Below are positions 37,601 through 46,600 of a DNA stretch of 64,000 bases, piece after piece. Position 1 is the first letter of the stretch; each line of letters begins with the position of its first letter. The position numbers were made by a program, and so were the translations under genes. Source of the stretch: Macrostomum lignano. Its lineage: Eukaryota. The stretch is taken from NCBI GenBank assembly GCA_002269645.1, contig NIVC01000672.1, forward strand, positions 1 to 64,000. The letters run 5' to 3'. A model generated the notes under the pieces. The model worked only from the letters and a program-made list of their open reading frames with translations, made no database searches and was not told the DNA's origin.

Positions 37601-38746
37601 CGTGAATAATTTGATTAATGTGTGAATAGTGTGCTTAATGCGTGAATACTTTTGTGAATCTCTTTTGTTTGAATTCGAGTTTTTTAGGAAATGTGTGATT
37701 TCTGTGGGTGATGTGTAAATTTTCCTGAGAACATTTAATAAAATTTGAACGAGTGCCGGATCTGTGCACGATGGTGAAATGTGTGAACATTGTTGATTCC
37801 GCGCTCACCACAGTAATCAAAGCCGTGATTACCCCCCCCCCCAGAACCCAGCGTCAACACCTTCCTGGCCAACGTGGACAGCGCCTGCGCCTTCCACAAC
37901 TGCAGCACCCGCTTCTCCGACGGCTACCGCTTTGGACTGGGTGAGTTTTGGGCGCGTCTGGAGAGGTCACGTAACAGACCAGGTGTTAGTTATGCATACC
38001 TATATATTGCGTGCGTCAGCATACCTGTTGCAGTGCGTTAAATAATAGGCAAATTCTATTTGATACTGCCTAGCTTACGGCCTCTACTCCTGTCTTTGTG
38101 TGATCGTAATTATTTGTTTAGCCTAAAAACACATGACTAACTTCGTTTTTTTGTTTTCAAAATGTTGTCAAAAACTTACTGCTTTTTCTACCCTTCTGAG
38201 AGCTGAGGGGAGACCGAACTTCAGTCTCTATTGTCTCTCCAGCTGCTTGCCACAGCTCAGCTCTGTTGTTCTCCCAGGTCTTCACCTGTCTGTCGAATTA
38301 TTCTTCATCAAATCTATTCCGCACTATTGTCCATTCTCCATCATCTCAGCTCTTGTCCCTGCTCAGCCTCCCCATCATCTCAGCTCTTATCCCTACTCAA
38401 CCTCCCCATCATCTCAGCTCTTATCCCTACTCAACCTCCCCATCATCTCAGCTCTTATCCCTACTCAACCTCCCCATCATCTCAGCTCTTATCCCTACTC
38501 AGCCTCCCCATCATCTCAGCCTTATCCCTACTCAGCCTCCCATCATCTCAAGCCGCCTTCCCCCGTCCCGCAGGCGCCGAGGTGGGCATCAGCACCAGCC
38601 GCATCCACGCCCGCGGCCCGGTGGGCGTTGAGGGCCTCCTGACCACCAAGTGGCTGCTGCACGGCAGCGGCGACACGGTCAGCGACTTCGCCGACGGCAC
38701 GAAGAAGTTCGTCCACGAGAACCTGCTGAGTGCGGACTCCGCCTGA
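28659..38746 (+). CDS. ALDH18A1: Delta-1-pyrroline-5-carboxylate synthase, copy 2, 779 aa
   Basis: Exons 28659-28958, 29248-29724, 33886-34257, 34337-34612, 35644-35980, 36313-36434, 37187-37373, 37845-37940, 38574-38746 (2340 nt). Same intron phases and catalytic motifs as copy 1, no stops. Confidence 0.95.
29020..29185. repeat. 21-bp minisatellite (TCCTCTATCTTGTACACCTGG), P5CS-2 intron 1
   Basis: Tandem copies seen directly. Confidence 0.9.
29927..33829 (+). mobile_element. Ty3/Gypsy (Mag-like) LTR retrotransposon, defective, in P5CS-2 intron 2
   Basis: 216-bp LTRs TG...CA at 29927-30142 and 33614-33829 (2 mismatches); 5-bp TSD CTCAG (29922-29926, 33830-33834); PBS TGGCGACGA (30144-30152); PPT GGGAAGGAG (33605-33613). 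Gag with two CCHC knuckles, protease [19 protein letters not shown], RNase [13 protein letters not shown], integrase DYAGP/SDNGPQF/SNGLAER in Gypsy order. Confidence 0.95.
34613..35260. repeat. G-rich minisatellite (GCGRGTAGCTGAGCTG(G)nTTCA), P5CS-2 intron 4
   Basis: Begins at the donor GTAGCTGAG; about 25 units with variable G-tract. Confidence 0.95.
36505..36810. repeat. C-rich low-complexity minisatellite, P5CS-2 intron 6
   Basis: Repeated CCCCACATTCCCCACCCTCC-like units. Confidence 0.85.
37380..37650. repeat. TGTGAATAGTGTGGT-type minisatellite, P5CS-2 intron 7
   Basis: Related array at 26035-26240 in the equivalent intron of copy 1. Confidence 0.88.
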
Positions 38747-39583
38747 GCCGCTGGCAGCCGCCTCATGCCACCAGAGTGGACCATGCTTTTCAATCAGGAC
38801 TTATCAAGACTTATTATTAATCAAGACTCGCGCGATTTTAATTTTCCTTTCTAGCCAGAAAGTGACTTCCGCTTTTTCGGTGTTTCCAGGTGTTGTTTTT
38901 TTTAACTGGCATTTCGTCACCTCTTATTGTGCAACAGAGATTCCGATTTGAATACAGAGAGCCGCGCCTACCAATGTATTCCTGTTTTATACAGCCTGCT
39001 TATTTATGGTCTGACGGTGTCTTCCTCTCTACTTTGCGTTTCCGCGGGCCGCGTGCAGAGACCGACTTGCAGTCCAGTGCGCTTCAATTGGTTTCCGCAT
39101 GCGGCCCGGCAGCTGGCCTCTGCGCTGGCCAGTTGCATTTCTCTCTCTAAGTCAGGCGATGCAACTTTTACTTTTTATTGTTATTTAGAAAGCCAAACTG
39201 CTTGATCAAATTTATTTAACACCACAACTTTCAAATTATGAGTCAAGTGCCATTTAGCAAAAATATACGGCCAATATCTTGGTTGTTGATTTTCGTTTTT
39301 TTCCTTGCTATAAGCCAGTGCGTTGGCATAATTTCCTGTGTAAGTATAAATTGAGTACAATGTGCAGCTTGTGTGCATCCAGGAAACTATACGCTCATCT
39401 ATTTTAAGTCCCTGATGTGCAGTTTTACCGTTAGCCAATAGAAATAAGACACAATTCAATGCTTACGAACACTTGTACCGCATGCAGTATAAATATAGAG
39501 GCTTTTACTGCAAAATACGCTAGCCAAATTCATTTCAAGATTTCAAGCCTAGAAGTGATTTGAACTGCCGCTCCAGCCTGCGC

Positions 39584-40796
39584 ATGTCCGAGCTGCCTTC
39601 AAGTGTGTCGGCAGCCCGGCCGGTCTCCGATCTGCCGGCTCACCTGCAGTGCAGCAGCTGCTCCAAGCCGCTCTTCAACGCCCGACAGACTCCGCACGGG
39701 TGCCGCCTGTGCCAGGCCTGCGTCACCGGCCTGCTGCACGAGGTGGAGAAGCGGCCCTGTCCCGGACACACCGAGGCCTGCACACTCAGAGGCGAGGGGG
39801 ACGATGGGGTCGAGATCGAGGTGAGCCAGGCTACCTGCTTTCCCGACATGGCGACGAGACGCGAGGTCGCCAAGCTGCGAGTCCGCTGTCCGAACTGCGA
39901 CGCCGGCTGCTCTGTCCAACTCGAATGGGCTCGCATGGACCAGCATGTGCAACAGAGCTGCGACTGGCACTCACTCCGCTGTGAGCAGTGCAAAGAGCTC
40001 ATCCTGAAGAAGGACATGCAGCGACACACCAGCAGCGAGTGTCGCCACAGGAAGGAGACCTGCGACCTGTGCTCTCAGCTGGTCACACACAGCGAGATGG
40101 AGACCAGTCACAGGAATCTGCAGTCCGATGTGTGCTGTCCGAGATTCTCAGCTCGCTGTCCTCACTGCTCGGAGCGGAGCACACCGATGGACAGGCGGGG
40201 ATATGTTGCTCACCTGTCGGAGTGTCCCGAGAGACCGGTAGAGTGCAAGTACTCTCACCTGGGCTGCAGGGCGATGGTGCGCAGGTCCGATCTGGAGAGG
40301 CACTACAGGGAGAGCGTGGACTCTCACCTTGAGCTCATGGACTCGAAACTCAAGCACACAGCGATAGCTCAGCAGAGTCCTGGTGAGATTTGTTTTCAAA
40401 GTGATGCGTCATGCAGAGGCTGCCATATTCAGATTTTGAATCACATTTTACATTTTTATTCATTTTTCAGCAGCCGCGGTCCCGCAGTCCTCTGTCGGTG
40501 CCGCACATTCCGCCCCCACAGCTGCCGACGGTCGCGAGGTGGCCGATGTGAAGCGGCGAGTCGGCAGCGTCTTCGAGCAGTTCAAGAAGCTGCAGGTCAA
40601 CGTGGCGAACTGGGCTCACAGCACCATGGAGCTCGAGCAGCTGGCTGACAGGTTCGGAGGCGTCTCGCAGCTGCGGACTCTGCTGAGCGGACTGGACGAG
40701 CGGACGAGGAGCGTCGAGCAGCTGCAGCAACAGGTGCAGCAGCTCCAGCAGCAGGTGCAGCAGCTCCAACAACAGGTGCAACAGCAGCGGCCCTAA
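39584..40796 (+). CDS. TRAF-like protein copy A (RING, TRAF zinc fingers, coiled coil; no TRAF-C domain), 374 aa
   Basis: Exons 39584-40382 and 40471-40796 (phase 1). RING CSSC...QTPHGCRLCQAC...CP; FPDMATRREVAKLRVRCPN; zf-TRAF repeats ending CKYSHLGC...DLERH...SHLELM; Q-rich coiled coil then TAA. TATAAATA at 39488. Confidence 0.85.
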
Positions 40797-41993
40797 AATC
40801 GTTCCAATATTTGTCTGCTTGCAGCTTTTCAATTCAAGCAGATACTGGTGCTATTGCTGTCAACTGTTTGCATTTTTGTCTGTGCATTTCCTGTCTGTGC
40901 TCTCTGGTGCTCCTGTTCAACTTCAATTTTTAACCAAGCCGAATTCAATTCAAACTGCAATAACTCCAGTCAAGACAATCCATTGAAATGCGGATGTTGC
41001 TGGAATTCAGTTCAGTCTGTATTGGAATCTCTGTTCCGACAGTCCTTCAGCCTTCAGCCAAAATAATACGTGCCAGCACTGCACCTGTCTGAAGCGGCTC
41101 TGACACTTTCAAGTCAGCAGCTGTATTCTGTTTAAACAAATTGACTCGCTTTCCTTTGTCTTGTTTCTGTTTCAAGAATTTTTTACAGAATTGGATGGCG
41201 TTGTGTGGGTTGAGCAAAGTCGTACCTTGCATTGTACAGTATGGCGCATGCGATTGCTACAATGTTATTCTAGTTTAGAAGGCCAGTTTGCAAGGACTGG
41301 TCCAGCCGGTTGCAGCCTCTGTGCCAGCTGTATTCTGCAGAATTGTTAGGGAGTTCCAGAATTGAAAGCTTCCAGCATGTAGCGACCGTTTGGTCAGATA
41401 ATGCCGGGTGTGCTTTGGTAAAATCATTCCATACAGCTCAAGCCGACGATGAGGGACTCGAAGTTTCCAAATTTCGGTCCATGGTAGCCGCTTTTGGATA
41501 ATTGGATAATACGCTTCCAGCCACTTTTCGACGCTTAACTTTCGGCGTGGTACGAGCTATAAAAACTCGACTCGAAAAGTTCGGGACCTGGTCACCACAG
41601 CCACTGTTTGGCACTAAATTCCCAATACCTCACCTCCCGGATTTCGGCATTGCAATTAAGATAGATAGGAACAGCTGCAATTTTGTCTGAACTTTACTGG
41701 ATTGCCAGTCGGATCAATTCGGGTAAAGACGAGCTTAGTGAAAAGTACACGCAATACCTACCAAGCAGCTGCTACGTTGAAAAAGTGGAACGCTTTTACT
41801 TGATGAATACTTTGGTTCCTTGGTACTCTTTGGTCAATTATTTAACCTGTTGAGTTGCCTCGATCAGCTCGTCATCAAGCAGGGATTTCTTTGAGCTCGT
41901 TTCACAGGCTCCAGGGCTTGCCTTTTTGACTTCACTTATGGGGTTGTGTGTGCAGTTCCGAGCTTGTAAATTGCAACAACATTACACTTAACA

Positions 41994-42270
41994 GTTGTAG
42001 CCTAGTGGTTAGAGCGTCGGACTTAGGATTGGAAGGTCGGGGGTTCGATACTCGACTCACTCGAAACAATTTGTGTCGCTTTGAGCAAGGCACTTAACTC
42101 GCTATTGCTTCAGCTTACCCAGCTGTAAAATGGGTGCCAGCATTAGTTGGGGAAATTGAGGGTGGGTCCTTGGGCTGAACAGCCGTACGCAGCTGCGGCT
42201 GAGCTGTCGGTAGCACATCTGCTCATTGGGACAGGTGTACCGTAATCAGTTGTTAATTACTATTGTGATT
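41994..42270 (+). mobile_element. tRNA-derived SINE with CORE/Nin-like central domain
   Basis: A box TAGCCTAGTGGTTAGAGC, B box GGTTCGATACT, then GTGTCGCTTTGAGCAAGGCACTTAAC...CAGCTGTAAAATGGG resembling the CORE-SINE consensus. Confidence 0.7.
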
Positions 42271-42664
42271 ATTTAAGTGCTACATGCAGCTTCTGTCTTC
42301 GACAATTCAAAGTTTCGATTCTGTAAAATGACCCAGTGTTTTCTAGCCAATAGGACAGTTTGTTCTCAGGTCAAAAATTTCTAGAAATTTGACAGCGAAT
42401 TGGCAGCTGTGGGTTTTCTGGTTTGGCTAGAAGTTGACCCAACCGGATTGGAGCAGCTCTTGTACCAGCTGGATTTTCACTGTTTACTGCTTGGAAAGCC
42501 AGTTTTTGTATGGCCAGTATTTTTTGAAAGTCTGCCCGCGTACGGCCAACCGACTATAATTAGCTTCGTGCGGGGTGGCGGCCAGAATTCATAATGCACT
42601 CCCGCACATAGGGTCTACTGTACAGCGCGGCCTATTCAGCCTTCAGCACAACAGGTGTGTCTCA

Positions 42665-42910
42665 GTCAGAGGATCTGAGAGGGTGGCTGCTCAGCCTGAG
42701 AATCTGAGAGGGTGGCTGCTCAGCCTGAGGATCTGAGAGGCTGGCTGCTCAGCCTGGGGATCTGAGAGGGTGGCTGCTCAGCCTGAGGATCTGAGAGGGT
42801 GGCTGCTCAGCCTGAGGATCTGAGAGGGTGGCTGCTCAGCCTGAGGATCTGAGAGGGTGGCTGCTCAGCCTGAGGATCTGAGAGGGTGGCTGCTCAGCCT
42901 GAGGATCTAG
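42665..42910. repeat. 29-bp minisatellite (GAGGATCTGAGAGGGTGGCTGCTCAGCCT)
   Basis: About 8 tandem copies. Confidence 0.92.
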
Positions 42911-43615
42911 CAGGATCAACTTTCAGTCCGATCAAAGTTGAGGGGTGAGATTGGCTCTCATTAGGCGCAAATGGTATAACATGCCCCAAGCCAGCTGTGG
43001 TCAGACGCGAACTCAAACGTCAATGATTCTGCTTGCATCTTGCGAAAGCCAGGCGAATTCACGATTCCGTAGTCAGCCTGTGGGGTTGGGTTTTGCTGGC
43101 AGGTCTTTTACATGTACATGCGCAGGTGCTCAAAATTTTTTTAACTGTTTCTTGTACTAAAATAAATACATAGCTAGATTACCTCTTGAGAGGCGAATAT
43201 CCAGGCCTGTAAGGACTTGGCAAGATTCTCTAATGCACTAAAGTTTTCAGTATTCGACTTTCTAGTTACAAGATTCGGTTTCATATTACTCAGAAGTGCT
43301 GATTCACACGAAACTAATACCTATATTTGACAATAAGCAGTGGGGGGGCAGCCTGCAATTCTGAGAAAGCAAAGTACGAGCTACATTCTTGTCTCGCAGT
43401 CTATTTTTGTCCATCGCCGTCATACGGCTCGTAACATTCTATGCTGTACTTTGCAATGAGCTATAAATATCCAATTGTGCAATGAGGACAGAGTTGTACG
43501 AAATAAGTACTGGATTCACCTTCCAAAATTATTAAACTGTATATATATCGAGGTTGGCGGCTCTGCTTCAAACTCAGTTTTAAAGTTGATCAAATTCTCT
43601 GCTTAAAGTTCAGCC

Positions 43616-46600
43616 ATGTCCGAGCTGCCTTCAAGTGTGTCGGCAGCGACCCCAGTTTATGATCTACCGGCGCACCTGCAGTGCAGCAGCTGCTCCAAGC
43701 CGCTCTTCAACGCCCGACAGACTCCGCACGGGTGCCGCCTGTGCCAGGCCTGCGTCACCGGCCTGCTGCACGAGGTGGAGAAGCGGCCCTGTCCCGGACA
43801 CACCGAGGCCTGCACACTCAGAGACCACCACTCGGAGGAGGACGGGGGCGGCGAGGTCGAGATCGAGGTGAGCCGGGCTACCTGCTTTCCCGACATGGCG
43901 ACGAGACGCGAGGTCGCCAAGCTGCGAGTCCGCTGTCCGAACTGCGACGCCGGCTGCTCTGTCCAACTCGAATGGGCTCGCATGGACCAGCATGTGCAAC
44001 AGAGCTGCGACTGGCACTCACTCCGCTGTGAGCAGTGCAAAGAGCTCATTCTGAAGAAGGACATGCAGCGACACACCAGCAGCGAGTGTCGCCACAGGAA
44101 GGAGACCTGCGACCTGTGCTCTCAGCTGGTCACACAAAGCGAGATGGAGACCAGTCACAGGAATCTGCAGTCCGATGTGTGCTGTCCGAGATTCTCAGCT
44201 CGCTGTCCTCACTGCTCGGAGCGGAGCACACCGATGGACAGGCGGGGATATGTTGCTCACCTGTCGGAGTGTCCCGAGAGACCGGTAGAGTGCAAGTACT
44301 CTCACCTGGGCTGCAGGGCGATGGTGCGCAGGTCCGATCTGGAGAGGCACTACAGGGAGAGCGTGGACTCTCACCTTGAGCTCATGGACTCGAAACTCAA
44401 GCAGGCAGCGATAGCTCAGCAGAGTCCTGGTGAGATTTTTTTTCAAAAGTGATGCGTCATGCAGAGGCTGCCATATTCAGATTTGGAATCACATTTTACA
44501 TTTTTACAATCATTCATTCTCCAGCCGCCGCAGCTACCACCGGCACCGCCGACGGTGGCGAGGTGGCCGACGTGAAGAGGCGAGTCGGCAGCGTCTTCGA
44601 GCAGTTCAAGAAGCTGCAGGTCAACGTGGCAAACTGGGCTCACAGCACCATGGAGCTCGAGCAGCTGGCTGACAGGTTCGGAGGCGTCTCGCAGCTGCGG
44701 ACTCTGCTGAGCGGACTGGACGAGCGTACGAGGAGCGTCGAGCAGCTGCAGCAACAGGTGCAGCAGCTCCAGCAGCAGGTGCAGCGGGGGCCTACGGCCG
44801 ACCTTCAAGAGGTGCCCCTGTTCTTAACTAACGGACCGTACCACCACCGAGCCTGCGAAGAAGACCAAGAGAACGCGTCGAACTCCGAAAACCTTCTATC
44901 CGTCATGCGACTCCGCGGCGGCAACAGTGATATCTCAGTCCACCGCCGCCGGCCGCGTAGGAGACACAGGAGAGCAGCGTCGCGCAAAGCCGAGCCGGTC
45001 CAAGAGCTCCTCGTGCAGTTTAACTGCAATGGCATCAAAAGCCGTAATACGGAGCTGGCCCACAGGCTGGCCTCCCTGCGCCCCGCCGCTATACTCCTTC
45101 AGGAAACCAAGCTTAAGAAAGAAGAAGATTATAACCCGCCGCGGGGATACGTGGTGGCCTCCAGGGAAGACGGAGTGCATAACGCCGGCCCCGATGACCG
45201 CGCTGTCGTGACACCTGCTCACCCAAATCGGCCACCCGACACTGACGGTACAGGCACCGCCGGGACACGACGCCGTACCAACCCGCGCTGCCGGCTGAGA
45301 TTCCCAGGACTCCGCGAAAACTGGTGCGCCGGATGTCGCAGCGGCCGTACCGCCTGCAGCGTCCGTTTCACACCATGGCATGGCGCAGACAACCAATCTG
45401 TTCAAACCAGTGCATCCGGACGAGAAACCACCAGCACGCCACCGCCAGCCCAGTCCACTATCCCAAAAACCAACAAAAAAATTACAGGACGGGGAGGTAC
45501 TATGGTGCTCGTCCGCGATGACGTCCAGTACGACAGACTCAAAGTCGATAGAGAACACGACCTCCTGGACGTTGCCACCTGCCGCATCCGCCTCAAAGGA
45601 CAGCAGCCGATCGTGATAGCATCTATCTATGCACCACCATCCAGCTGCCAACGTCCCGATAACACCTGGCAACCCAGCTTCACCAATCTCCCGACTACCG
45701 GTAGAGTCATCCTCGGAGGCGACTACAACGCACACGGAAGCTGGGACCGCCACATTGATGAAGATCTCAGAGGCCAGACCGTCGACGAGTGGGTCGCCCG
45801 CAATGGGCTCGTCATCTGCAATACCACCTGCCACACACGCACCTGCCCCAGTACTGGCCGCCTCAGTAGCCCAGACGTGACCATCTGTAGTAGCACCATT
45901 GCCGGATCCATCACGGACTCCTGGAAGACGCTACCAGACTGGGGAAGCGATCACCTGCCGATCGTTTTCGGCCTCCCAGCCTCTAACACCGGAAAGACCC
46001 GTCACTGCGGGCAAAAACGCTGGATCTATAAGAAGGCAGACTGGGGAGCCTTCAGGGAGTCGCTAAATACCTGGGCAGAATCCGAAAGCAACGACACCAC
46101 CTTAAACACAGAGGCCACACGCCTTGCCGAAGCCATCCTGAACGCAGCAAGACTTGCCATCCCGCGCAGCTCCGGGAAAGAGACGAGACGCCTGCCGTTC
46201 TGGAACGACGCCTGCGAAGAGGCCTCCAAAGCTACACGTTCCGCGAGACAATCCGCAGAAAAAGAACCGACACCAGAAAATATTATTGCCGCAAACAGAG
46301 CCCGCCACAACGCCTCAGGCTGTCTCCGGAGGGAGAAAAAAGCCTTCCTGTTCGACAAAGCGGCAAATTTCAGCCAGGACTCGGACATTTTTGGCTTACT
46401 CCGCGCACTGAGAGGCGATGGTTTTAAAACTCCGGACCCGGCTGCCATCGTCAGGGCCGCCTCCCCAGACTCGCCGGAGCGCACCGCCCGCACTAACAAA
46501 GAGAAGGCCGAACTCTTTTGCCAACTCTACGCCGAAGTTAGCCGAGTCCCCAGACGGAAAAATGACTCGGCCATCAGATACGAAGCGAACGAGGCCACCA

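Noticed and set aside
22259-38746. Bacterial origin (proB-proA fusion by HGT) of the P5CS genes
   Set aside because: Eight spliceosomal introns, a mitochondrial presequence and animal-type [15 protein letters not shown] sequence indicate ordinary ALDH18A1.
41994-42070. Functional tRNA genes here and at 57334-57400
   Set aside because: A and B boxes are present but the acceptor/anticodon stems do not close; the first continues into a SINE body.
44449-44524. ATG at 44449 as start of a standalone 1540-aa protein
   Set aside because: It lies in the intron of TRAF copy B (same intron sequence in copies A and C). The real entry is by splicing at 44525 or from within the element.
44786-45010. 2A ribosome-skipping peptide at the LINE N-terminus
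   Set aside because: No DxExNPGP; the only similar text is LTNGP inside the ribozyme.
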